DNA of 64,000 bases from an uncultured delta proteobacterium (GTDB lineage: Bacteria; Desulfobacterota; Binatia; UBA9968): assembly GCA_963804165.1 (NCBI GenBank), contig CAWDPO010000003.1, forward strand, positions 96,001 through 160,000, given 5' to 3'. Below are positions 21,032 to 30,671 of the stretch, in pieces. Within the stretch, counting starts at the first letter, position 1, and every line of letters starts with the position of its first letter. Below the pieces are notes generated by a model. The model was not told where the DNA came from, did no database searches, and saw only the letters and a list, made by a program, of their open reading frames with translations. The position numbers and the translations under genes are program-made.

Positions 21032-22453
21032 ATGAACCGCGAAACGCTGATCCCCAGTTCTGTGCATTATTCGCGCAGCGAAGAGCGAGCCATACTAACG
21101 GTTACTTGTCTGGCGGCGTTTCTCTTTTTCAATAGTTTCGGCAGCATCGGTGTCGCCTTGCCGGCGATTCAAAAGCAGTTTGGCAACAGTTTATCGGAGA
21201 TACAGTGGGTCACATTGATGGGAGTGGTGACGATATCGAGTTTGTCGTTCTGCTTCGGGCGCGCCGGCGGGATCCTTGGCCAGAGGCTCCTTTACAAAAT
21301 CGGTGTGGCGCTCTACGCCGCGGGCGCGGGACTCGGCGCCATATCGGGTTCGTTTAGCGAGCTCTTCGTGGCGCGCGCGGTGATGGCCGTTGGACTTGCG
21401 ATGGCCTTGCCTATGTCGACGGCGATTCTTGCCGTCAGTTTCGACTCCAACCGGCGCGGTCAGGTCCTTGGCCTGTTCGCGTCGGCCGTCGCCGTCGGAC
21501 GAATGACCGGCCCTACGATCGGCGGTTTTCTCCGACACTTCGGTGACTGGCAGTGGATTTTTTGGATGAATTTTTTAGTCGGTTCCGCGGTTACGGCGGC
21601 GGTGATCAAAATTTTTCGCGGTGCCGGCGAGCGCCGTCGTGACCAATTTGATTTCTCCGGCGCCCTAGCGTTGCTGATCGGTTATCCGGCACTTTTGCTA
21701 GGATTGACGTTCGCCGCCAGCGAAGGCTGGACATCTTCGTTCGTCGTGAGCTCATTCGCCGTGGCGACGATCGGTCTCTTCAGCTTTGTGTGGATCGAAC
21801 TCCACACGACTGAGCCGCTCATCGACATTCGTATCTTCAAGCAGAGGATGCTCGCGGCCGCATTAGTCACCGTAGCGCTAAGTAACATGATCCATTATCC
21901 GATCGCGCTATGCGCGCCGCTTTATCTCCAAAACGTGCTCGGTTCATCGGCGGTGGCCGCCGGATTGATGCTTGCCGTGTTGCCGCTTGCTACGGCCCTC
22001 GCTTCGCCGCTCAGCGGTCGGCTGGCCGACCGCTTCGATGCTGCGACGGTGGCAAGCAGCGGATTGCTGCTGATCGTTGTGGGGATTGCTTGCTATTCCC
22101 GGCTCGCGGCAAATTCCGGCTATGCTATCGTCATTGTGGTGCTAATTTTCGTGGGAGCCGGAATCGGTGTCTTTACGCCGGCCAATCAAACGGTGGCCTT
22201 TGCCGCCGTGAAACAACAGGACTACGGCATCCTGGCAGCCATGCTCAGCTCCTTCGGAACGGCTGCCGGAACGATCGGTACGACGATCGCCGTGGCTTTG
22301 ATGGAGCTCGACGCCGGACAAAAGCTCTGGAGTAGGGCTGAAGCATTTGCCGGCGCGCAGCAATTTGCGTTTGCTTGTCTGGCGCCGATCGGGTTAGTAG
22401 CTCTGATCATTGCACTCATGACCCGGCGCGGCGATCAGCGGACGGTGTCATGA
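21032..22453 (+). CDS. MFS transporter, DHA2 (EmrB/QacA-like)
   Basis: About 14 hydrophobic segments, VALPAIQKQF, GPTIGG, WQWIFWMN, EPLIDIRIFK, GRLADRF. Confidence 0.85.
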   Translation: MNRETLIPSSVHYSRSEERAILTVTCLAAFLFFNSFGSIGVALPAIQKQFGNSLSEIQWVTLMGVVTISSLSFCFGRAGGILGQRLLYKIGVALYAAGAGLGAISGSFSELFVARAVMAVGLAMALPMSTAILAVSFDSNRRGQVLGLFASAVAVGRMTGPTIGGFLRHFGDWQWIFWMNFLVGSAVTAAVIKIFRGAGERRRDQFDFSGALALLIGYPALLLGLTFAASEGWTSSFVVSSFAVATIGLFSFVWIELHTTEPLIDIRIFKQRMLAAALVTVALSNMIHYPIALCAPLYLQNVLGSSAVAAGLMLAVLPLATALASPLSGRLADRFDAATVASSGLLLIVVGIACYSRLAANSGYAIVIVVLIFVGAGIGVFTPANQTVAFAAVKQQDYGILAAMLSSFGTAAGTIGTTIAVALMELDAGQKLWSRAEAFAGAQQFAFACLAPIGLVALIIALMTRRGDQRTVS

Positions 22454-22489
22454 AGATTTGATGCCTAGGCTTCACTCAGAGGTACAGAA

Positions 22490-23458
22490 ATGGTTATCGA
22501 TTTTCAGCATCACTACATCCCAATAGAGTTGGCGAAAAAACGCGGCCTGTACTCGGCGACGGGCAGAACCATGCGGCAAGAGGGTGGCCTGCCGGCGACG
22601 ACCATGCATCAACGGCTCTATGATTTGGACCTGCAGCTCGACGATATGGCACAAGCCGGTATCGATGTCTCCGTTCTTTCTTGTCTTCTCGGCTGGTCCG
22701 CGCCGCTGGAAGAGTGCCGTTTCATCAACGATGATCTGGCGGCGGTCAAAAAAAAATACCCGCGCAGCTTCGTCGGCTTGGCCCAAGCGCCGATCCTGGA
22801 CGGCGAGCCGGCGCTGGATGAGCTGCGTCGGGCGATCAACGATCTGGGCCTGCGCGGCGTGACGATTACTTCTCAAGTCAGCGGCTTGTCGCTCGATTCC
22901 CACAGGCTCTACGATTTCTATGAAACCGTGTGCAAACTCGACGCTCTTGTGTTTGTTCATCCCGCTTTAGTGCCGACGGGCTACGAGCATTTGAAAGACT
23001 ATGATTTGCCGCGCGTGCTTGGCCGTGAGGTAGATCTGACGGTCGCGACGACGAGGTTGATCGCCGGCGGGATCTTCGATCGATTTCCCAATCTCAAGAT
23101 CGTCATGGCTCATTTTGGCGGCGGGATCGCGGCGGTCAAAGACCGTTTAGTCGGCAAAGGATACCGTTTCGGCTCGTTGCAAAAGCCCTTCGCGGAGTAT
23201 TTCGACGGGATCTATTTCGACATGGCAGGCTTCGAAGGCGGTCTCGCAGCGCTTCGATGCGCGCTGCAGGGGATCAAACCTGAACGCCTGATCTTCGCCA
23301 GCGACTATCCGCAGGACTTCACCGGCGTCAACACGGACACCGGCAAAGGTATGACGGAACTAAAAAATTACGTCGATACGGTCAGGAAACTTGCTATCAA
23401 CGCCGATAGCATCGAGCGGATACTCGGAGGCACGGCGGCCGAGCTATTGAGGCTTTGA
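22490..23458 (+). CDS. Amidohydrolase_2 family protein (ACMSD-like)
   Basis: IDFQHH, FVHP, FDRFPNLKIVMAHFGG, IFASDYP. Confidence 0.85.
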   Translation: MVIDFQHHYIPIELAKKRGLYSATGRTMRQEGGLPATTMHQRLYDLDLQLDDMAQAGIDVSVLSCLLGWSAPLEECRFINDDLAAVKKKYPRSFVGLAQAPILDGEPALDELRRAINDLGLRGVTITSQVSGLSLDSHRLYDFYETVCKLDALVFVHPALVPTGYEHLKDYDLPRVLGREVDLTVATTRLIAGGIFDRFPNLKIVMAHFGGGIAAVKDRLVGKGYRFGSLQKPFAEYFDGIYFDMAGFEGGLAALRCALQGIKPERLIFASDYPQDFTGVNTDTGKGMTELKNYVDTVRKLAINADSIERILGGTAAELLRL

Positions 23459-24010
23459 TCGCGCGCTTACAGGTCTCGCCAGATTTGCTTCGACATAGCC
23501 GGGCTTGTTGCCGCGTTTCGACTCGACTTTCAGCCAGCCGTTGTCTTCTTCGACGACATTGAGCTCGGTTCCCTTCGAGATGTCGGCGACGACTGGATAA
23601 TGCAATCCCGGCCCGCTCCTCACCTGAGTGTTCGTAAGCGCTTCGTACTTGCCGTCAAGCCGCGGGTTGAGAGCATCCTTAGCGTCGCCGGCCGCCGAAG
23701 GTCTTACCGCGGCCATTTCAATGAAGCCGGGTGCATTGCCTTTTTTGGAGACGATCAGCACCCAATCGCCGTCCCTGCCAACGACTGTCACTTTGGCGTC
23801 ACGGCCAATCTCGGCGATGGTGCGAAATTGCTGCCCGGGGCCAGTGCGCACTTTGGTATTTTCCGTGGTCACGTAGGGTCGAGCTTGTTCGTTGAGATCG
23901 GGGAGATCCTTCGGTTGCGGAGTTTTTTCCTCGTTTTTGCATCCGAACGAAGCCAACGCGATCAGCGCGACAAGAGCCCATGAAGTAACGCGAAACCCGA
24001 ATTGGATCAT
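23444..24010 (-). CDS. Lipoprotein with two SH3b domains
   Basis: Lipobox SFGC; repeats KVRTGPG...GDWV...GFI and QVRSGPG...NGWL...GYV. Confidence 0.85.
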   Translation of the reverse strand: MIQFGFRVTSWALVALIALASFGCKNEEKTPQPKDLPDLNEQARPYVTTENTKVRTGPGQQFRTIAEIGRDAKVTVVGRDGDWVLIVSKKGNAPGFIEMAAVRPSAAGDAKDALNPRLDGKYEALTNTQVRSGPGLHYPVVADISKGTELNVVEEDNGWLKVESKRGNKPGYVEANLARPVSARSKPQ

Positions 24011-24140
24011 CTGTGGCCTCCTAAATACTACTCAGTCGCGATAAGTATAACATGCTTTGGATAAACGTTAATTATTCCGTGCGACGTCGGCCGGACCGGC
24101 AGCCGTAACGGAAGTTCGCGCTTTGGGGCAATAAATTTCA

Positions 24141-24557
24141 TCAGATTTCTTTCCAGACCTTCGCCAGGCTTTCCCCATAGACGCTCAAATCCCACTCGCA
24201 GAAGTAGCCGAACGGCGTCGTCCAAACCTGGTAACCGCTCTCGCTCAGCCGCTCCGCGACGACGCTGATGAATGCTTCGGCAAAGGCCGACTCGCCAGTG
24301 TTGCCGCCCAGATGAGTAAAAGAGTGCAAGACGATATTTTTGAACGATCGTTTGTTGGCCAGCCACTTGATGTGTTTTAGGGTTTGTCTAAAGACCGAAG
24401 CACGGCGCTCACCGAGCGCATCGGAAACTTCGCCGTGGATGAAAACGACGAGAGTGTCTTGAACCTCCCGGTCAATTTCTTGATCGGAAACATCGGCAAG
24501 GGTTTTTGAGTGGGTCTTCCAGCGAAAGCGCTTGGCCTGGAAACAGAGAAGCTTCAT
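24141..24557 (-). CDS. Free-standing archaeal-type threonyl-tRNA synthetase editing domain
   Basis: LVVFIHGE, IVLHSFTHLG, GYQVWTTPFGYF...GESLAK align with the archaeal ThrRS N-terminal editing domain pattern (VxFIxVE, YPFAHLS, APFGYY...GHPLAE). Confidence 0.8.
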   Translation of the reverse strand: MKLLCFQAKRFRWKTHSKTLADVSDQEIDREVQDTLVVFIHGEVSDALGERRASVFRQTLKHIKWLANKRSFKNIVLHSFTHLGGNTGESAFAEAFISVVAERLSESGYQVWTTPFGYFCEWDLSVYGESLAKVWKEI

Positions 24558-24571
24558 TGCCTGGGGCTCAC

Positions 24572-25134
<563 letters not shown>

Positions 25135-25138
<4 letters not shown>

Positions 25139-26622
25139 CGCTTTCTCCACCGTTCGGCGAGCTCGACGGCTTTGAACATGGCGCGCGCTTTGTTGAGCGT
25201 TTCCTGGTATTCCATTTTTGGATCTGAGTCGGCAACGATGCCTGCGCCGGCCGTGATATAGACTTTTTTCCCTTTCATCACGATGGTGCGGATGACGATG
25301 CAAGTATCCAGGTTTCCGTTGTAGCCGAAGTAGCCGATGGCGCCGGCATAAAGGCCGCGGTTTTGCGGCTCTAATTCGCCAATGATCTGCATGGCGCGAA
25401 TTTTCGGCGCTCCGGAAACCGTACCGGCCGGAAACGCGGACACAAAGAGATCGAAAGCCGTTTTGTCCGCGGCTAATTTGCCGCGCACGTTGGAGACGAT
25501 GTGAATGACATGAGAATAGCGTTCGATCTCCATTAATTCGTTGACTTCGACAGTGCCGATCTCGGCGACGCGACCGACATCGTTGCGCCCCAGGTCGACG
25601 AGCATGATATGTTCGGCGCGCTCTTTAGGATCTGCCAGCAAATCGGCTTCAAGCTCGCGTTCTTCTTCGGGCGTGGTGCCGCGGCGGCGCGTGCCGGCGA
25701 TGGGGCGCAACTCAATAGTGTCGCCGGTCAGACGAACCATCGTCTCCGGCGATGAGCCGATGACCCGGAGGTCCTCCAGCTCCAAATAGAACATATAGGG
25801 AGAGGGGTTGACGAAGCGTAGGGCGCGGTAAATTTCAAAAGGATCCGTGTTCGTCTCGGTTTCGAGCCGTTGGCTGAGCACGACTTGAATGACGTCGCCG
25901 GCCTTGATGTATTCCTTGGCTTTGTCTACGGCTTTTTCAAAACCGCTCTCGGTCAAATTCGAGCGAAATTTTCGGTTGGTTTTGCTTTGAGTTAAATCCC
26001 TGGGCTCGATCCCGCGTGGCTTCTTCTGCAGACTGGAAATCACCTTTCGGATTCGATTGACTGACGCGTCGTAGGCCCTGCGAAGGTTGGTCTGTTCTGT
26101 CAATTGAACGTTATCGATCACTTTGATCGTGTGTTTCAAATTATCAAATGCGACCAGAGTCTGGACAAAAACGAAAAAAATCTCGGGCATGCCGAGCGGA
26201 TCCTTCTTGCCGCCGGCGATATCGTGAAGTTGCTGCACGGCATTGTAAGAAACGTAACCGAGGGCGCCGCCAAAAAAAGGCGGAACCCCCGGCACCGCGA
26301 CAGGTTGGCAACCCTGCAGCAATCCCTCCAAGATTTTTAACGGAGCCGCGGAAGTCAACCTACGTGATTTGCTGCCGTCGAGTATTTCAACTTGATCGCC
26401 TTGGGCCTTAAAGACCCGGTACGGTCGCGTCCCTAAGAAGGAATAACGCGCCCAGCGCTCGCTGCCTTCGACGCTTTCAAGCAAGAATGAATATCTGTCG
26501 CGCTCGAGGCGCTTAAAAAAAGACAACGGTGTTTCAAGGTCCATCAGCAACTCTTGGTACACCGGTATCAAGTTGCCCTGCTTGGCGAGCGCGCAAAATT
26601 CTTTATAGGTCGGGTGGATCAT
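25135..26622 (-). CDS. trpE: Anthranilate synthase component I
   Basis: FLLESVEG (Trp feedback site), NPSPYM, PIAGTRRRG, EHIMLVDLGRND, GTVSGAPK; preceded by a Trp attenuator. Confidence 0.95.
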
Positions 26623-26628
26623 CTGTCT

Positions 26629-26670
26629 AAGAAAACAAAAAGGGCCATAGGTTTACCACCTATGGCCCTT
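26629..26670 (-). terminator. trp attenuator terminator hairpin
   Basis: Minus strand AAGGGCCATAGG-TGGTAAA-CCTATGGCCCTT followed by TTTGTTTTCTT, immediately before the trpE ATG. Confidence 0.9.
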
Positions 26671-26692
26671 GTACCATGCGATCGCTAGGGAA

Positions 26693-26770
26693 CTAGCCAC
26701 GGCGGAGACGCTGACTCGAGTGCCAGCGCCACCAACCCGAAGTTGTCTGTGCGATTCCTTGCCGAGGCAT
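26693..26770 (-). CDS. trpL: trp operon leader peptide, MPRQGIAQTTSGWWRWHSSQRLRRG
   Basis: Manual translation; 25 aa with three Trp codons (TGG TGG CGC TGG), located 22 bp upstream of the terminator. Confidence 0.88.
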   Translation of the reverse strand: MPRQGIAQTTSGWWRWHSSQRLRRG

Positions 26771-27030
26771 AGTGGGGCTATATTGCAATATTGAATGTCA
26801 GCGGTCAAGTGCGAGCTAACGTCACTTTCCGACGCTTTGTTGCAAATATGAGGATTTGACAAGTCAATAATGCCGTGATTATGCGACGGTTCACTGCTGA
26901 TGAGTTCTTTCGCGCATTTGTGACGAATGCGTTCTACCCAATATTCTCCCGATTGTATTTGACGAATTGAGTGCTCAATAGGACGTCCGAGCACTTCATT
27001 GCCGAGGGCAATTCGAGTGCTTAACGCCGT

Positions 27031-27097
27031 TTGACATCAAATAACCTCTGGGTTAGGTTAAAACGCTTTTTTGGAACGGCCATTCAGTTGTTCTAAA
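27031..27097 (+). promoter_or_regulatory. Sigma-70 promoter plus inverted-repeat operator upstream of iclR
   Basis: TTGACA-N17-TAGGTT (27031-27059), then TTTGGAAC-N12-GTTCTAAA (27070-27097). Confidence 0.55.
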
Positions 27098-27137
27098 TGG
27101 TGTTATAAATTTTTAGCAAAATTCAACCGGAGGAATC

Positions 27138-27917
27138 ATGGTGCGGCGTGAGAAGTCCAACTACGTCATTCAGTCTGTCTCCCATGCGCTCGACGTCTTG
27201 GAGCAGTTCAATGGTAATGTCGATGAAATCGGAGTCACCGAGCTGAGCAAACGGCTGAAGCTGCATAAAAACAATGTTTTTCGATTACTCGCTACGCTCG
27301 AAGCGCGCGGTTATATTGAACAAAATAAGGTGACGGAGAATTACCGTTTGGGTCTGAAGTGTCTCCAACTCGGTCAAACCTTCATCCATCAAATGGGCTT
27401 ACTGCTGCAATCAAGAGCGATACTGGAGGAGTTATCGAAAACCACCAAAGAAAGCGCATATGTTGCGATTCGCAAGGGGAGTGCGATTATTCCTCTCGAT
27501 TTCGTCGAGCCGGCGCGTACGGTACGCGTGGTCTCCTTTTTAGGCACCGTCTTGCCGCCGCATTGCACTGCGGCTGGCAAAGTGCATCTGGTCTTTGAGC
27601 TCGACGGAGCTGCGGGCCAGAATCTGCCGGAGCGCCTGGAGCGCTACACGGAAAGAACCATCGTCGATCGCAACGTCTTACGGGAGCAGATGACGATGAT
27701 CGGCGAGTCTGGGTATGCCGTGGAACGCGGCGAGTTCGCCGAGGAAGTGAATGCGGCTGCTGTGCCGATCCGGGACTATACTCGCTCGCTGGTCGGCACG
27801 CTGGCTGTCGTCGGTCCGGGATACCGCCTCAGCGACGAAACCATTAATGCTGAAATCGCACCTTTGTTACTGAAGGCCGGGACCGAATTGTCCAAGCGCC
27901 TCGGCTTTCCCGGTTAA
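27138..27917 (+). CDS. IclR family transcriptional regulator
   Basis: IQSVSHALDVLE HTH start, GVTELSKRLKLHKNNVFRLL, HCTAAGK, GYAVERGE. Confidence 0.93.
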   Translation: MVRREKSNYVIQSVSHALDVLEQFNGNVDEIGVTELSKRLKLHKNNVFRLLATLEARGYIEQNKVTENYRLGLKCLQLGQTFIHQMGLLLQSRAILEELSKTTKESAYVAIRKGSAIIPLDFVEPARTVRVVSFLGTVLPPHCTAAGKVHLVFELDGAAGQNLPERLERYTERTIVDRNVLREQMTMIGESGYAVERGEFAEEVNAAAVPIRDYTRSLVGTLAVVGPGYRLSDETINAEIAPLLLKAGTELSKRLGFPG

Positions 27918-28151
27918 GGCTGAGATTGTTGACGGTGCCCCGCTCAAACGTAATAAGTCCTACGCACGTACGGTTTGTGTCATTTTAAATCAACGTCGGT
28001 CTTGTCTCCCTCAACCAATCCGCGGGATAAAAATATTCGGTTAGGGGAACTGCACGAACCCGACTTTAGCGCTGCTTTACTGCGAACGATTTTGACAGAC
28101 CGCTCCCGGTAACGGTAAGAAAGGAGTGAAACGGAGGTCCGTGAGACCGCA

Positions 28152-30149
28152 ATGCTAACTACGACCGAAAAAATTCTATTCGTCTTACTCGCACTTGGAT
28201 CGATTTATTATGGCGGCCAGAAATTCTATGCCGTGTATCGCGCGATCGGCCGCGGCAAGGCCGACGCGCGCTTCGACCATCTCGTTGAGCGAATCCAGCG
28301 CGCGCTTTGGATCGTTCTGACACAACAATCGGTCTTTAAAAAGCGGCCAATCGTTTCGTTGCTGCACGCGTTTGTTTTTTACGGTTTCGTTTTTTATTTT
28401 CTGGTTAATTTAGTCGACCTGCTCGAAGGGTTCTTTGGTATCCACGCGCGCGGCGGAGGGTGGAATCTGTTCAATCTCGCCGCGGATGTTTTTACCGCCA
28501 GCGTTTTGACCGGGATTATTGGCCTGTTGATGCGCCGTTTGTTCGTGCAGCCCAAGGACTTTGAATTCCCGGCCAATGTTCCGGTGCAGCCAGAAGTTCG
28601 TGCGGGAATTTTTCGCGATTCGACACTGGTTGCGGGCTTCATCATTTTTCACGTCGGTTGCCGCCTATTGTTCAAAGCAACGCAACTGGCCCTTGAAGGG
28701 GCGGATGCCTACCAGCCGGTGAGTTCGACGTTGGGCGCTGCCTTTGTCGGGCTCGGGCCCGGCGGGCAGGAATTGTTAAATCATTGTTTTTGGTGGGGCG
28801 CGTTGGGATCGATTCTATTATTCATTCCTTATTTTCCGCGGTCCAAACACATCCACATATTTCTCGCGCCGGTTAAGCTGGCGTTGAAAAAGGAGAAACC
28901 TGGCGTTCTCCAGCCGATGGACTTCGAAAAGGAAGAAGTTTTCGGCGCGGTAAAGCTCGAAGACTTCACCTGGCCGAGGCTTTTGGATTCTTACAGCTGT
29001 ATTATGTGCAATCGCTGTCAGGATGTTTGCCCGGCGACCAATACCGGCAAAGCCCTCAGCCCGGCGGCGATTTTGATCAACGAGCGTTACGAGCTCAACA
29101 AAATTCTTTCCGAATTTTCGGCCGGCCGGGAGAGCCCGCGGCCTCTGCTGGATTTCGCGTTAAGCGAGGAAGCGGCGTGGGCGTGCACGACCTGCAATGC
29201 TTGCATCGAAGTCTGCCCGGTCGGCAACGAGCAAATGCTCCACATTATCGATGTGCGCCGCGAGCGCGTGCTCACTGCGGCGGAGTTTCCCAAAGGATTG
29301 CAGAACACCTTCAACCATATGGAGCGGGCCGGCAACCCTTGGGGCATGCCGGCCGGTGAGCGGCTTGATTGGGCCAAAGATCTGCCGTTTCCGGTGCCGA
29401 CGTTGGAACAGAAAGCGGATCCGGAAATTCTTTATTGGGTCGGTTGCGCGGTGGCCTTCGATCCGCGCGCACAAAAAATCGCCCGCAGCCTGGCGACGAT
29501 CTTAAATGCCGCTGGCGTGGATTGGGCCGTGCTGGGTAAGGAGGAAAAATGCACCGGCGACACGGCGCGGCGCACGGGCAACGAATATCTCTTCGCCCAA
29601 ATGGCCGAAGAAAACGTCAACGCGCTGAATGAAATCAAGCCGAAAACGATAGTGACGACTTGCCCGCACTGCTTTCATACCATCGCTAACGAGTACCCTC
29701 AGTTCGGCGGCAAGTTCGTCGTGAAGCACCACACGGAGTTCATCGACGAATTGATCCGCGCCGGAAGACTCAAGCTGGAAAACGCCGGCGACGGCTCAGT
29801 GACCTACCATGATCCGTGCTATCTCGGGCGGCATAACGGGATCTTCGATCAGCCTCGGACGCTGATCCAGTCGACGGGAGCAAAACTCACCGAACCCGCC
29901 CGGAATCGAAGCAATAGCTTTTGTTGCGGCGCCGGTGGCGGCCAATTTTGGAAGGAAGAGGAAAAAGGAACCGAACGGGTCAGTACGAACCGCTACCGTG
30001 AGCTAAAGCAGACGGGCGCGAAAACCGTAGCTACCGGCTGTCCTTTCTGCATGCGTATGATCACCGAAGAAACCGCCAAGGAAGAGCCTGAAACCGCGAT
30101 GCAAGTTTTGGATGTCGCCGAGCTGGTCGCGGCGCGGCTGCAAAAGTAA
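28152..30149 (+). CDS. Membrane-bound Fe-S oxidoreductase with CCG domains (FadF/HdrD-like)
   Basis: N-terminal TMs, CIMCNRCQDVCP and CTTCNACIEVCP ferredoxin motifs, EKCTGD, CPHC, YHDPCYLGR, CCGAGGG, CPFC. Confidence 0.9.
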   Translation: MLTTTEKILFVLLALGSIYYGGQKFYAVYRAIGRGKADARFDHLVERIQRALWIVLTQQSVFKKRPIVSLLHAFVFYGFVFYFLVNLVDLLEGFFGIHARGGGWNLFNLAADVFTASVLTGIIGLLMRRLFVQPKDFEFPANVPVQPEVRAGIFRDSTLVAGFIIFHVGCRLLFKATQLALEGADAYQPVSSTLGAAFVGLGPGGQELLNHCFWWGALGSILLFIPYFPRSKHIHIFLAPVKLALKKEKPGVLQPMDFEKEEVFGAVKLEDFTWPRLLDSYSCIMCNRCQDVCPATNTGKALSPAAILINERYELNKILSEFSAGRESPRPLLDFALSEEAAWACTTCNACIEVCPVGNEQMLHIIDVRRERVLTAAEFPKGLQNTFNHMERAGNPWGMPAGERLDWAKDLPFPVPTLEQKADPEILYWVGCAVAFDPRAQKIARSLATILNAAGVDWAVLGKEEKCTGDTARRTGNEYLFAQMAEENVNALNEIKPKTIVTTCPHCFHTIANEYPQFGGKFVVKHHTEFIDELIRAGRLKLENAGDGSVTYHDPCYLGRHNGIFDQPRTLIQSTGAKLTEPARNRSNSFCCGAGGGQFWKEEEKGTERVSTNRYRELKQTGAKTVATGCPFCMRMITEETAKEEPETAMQVLDVAELVAARLQK

Positions 30150-30150
30150 T

Positions 30151-30615
30151 ATGCGGCGACATTACGCGTACTTTTTTTTTGTCGGATTCGTGCTGCTTCG
30201 CAGCGCGACCGCCTGTAAAGCGGAACCTAAGGTGACGATTATGACCAAACTGGGCCGCGACGTAGCCTTTCAGGTTGAGGTCGCCGATTCGCCGACGAAG
30301 CGAGAATTGGGGCTGCAGTTCCGGCGGGATCTCGCGGCCGACCGCGGCATGATCTTTTTGTTTCCGGCAGAGTCGCAACAGAGTTTCTGGATGAAAAACA
30401 CGCCGATTTCCTTGGACATGATTTTCATCAGTCGCGATATGAAGATTGTTGGTATCGTTGAACAGACAGTGCCGTTTTCTCTTGATTCCCGTTCGGTCGG
30501 AACGCCGAGCCAGTATGTGCTGGAGATCAACGGCGGCCTGGCCAAACGTCACGGGATTCAGGTGGGCGATAGGGTTCGGTTCGACTCCCTTTCATCCCAA
30601 GGCGTGCGCGAATAA
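30151..30615 (+). CDS. DUF192 family protein
   Basis: VEVADSP..RELGLQFR, GMIFLF, FWMKNTPISLDMIFI, YVLEINGG. Confidence 0.9.
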   Translation: MRRHYAYFFFVGFVLLRSATACKAEPKVTIMTKLGRDVAFQVEVADSPTKRELGLQFRRDLAADRGMIFLFPAESQQSFWMKNTPISLDMIFISRDMKIVGIVEQTVPFSLDSRSVGTPSQYVLEINGGLAKRHGIQVGDRVRFDSLSSQGVRE

Positions 30616-30650
30616 AAAAAGGGTCAAAAGCCGTAAGCTTTTGACCCTTT
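30614..30650. terminator. Intrinsic terminator between convergent genes
   Basis: AAAGGGTCAAAAGC-CGTAA-GCTTTTGACCCTTT 14-bp stem with a preceding A-run (U-tract on the minus strand). Confidence 0.85.
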
Positions 30651-30671
30651 GGGATTTTACGTATCCGCTTG

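Noticed and set aside
26965-27025. CIRCE/HrcA operator from GAGCACT...AGTGCTT inverted repeats
   Set aside because: Spacing and arms do not fit TTAGCACTC-N9-GAGTGCTAA and no chaperone gene follows; may still be some other operator.
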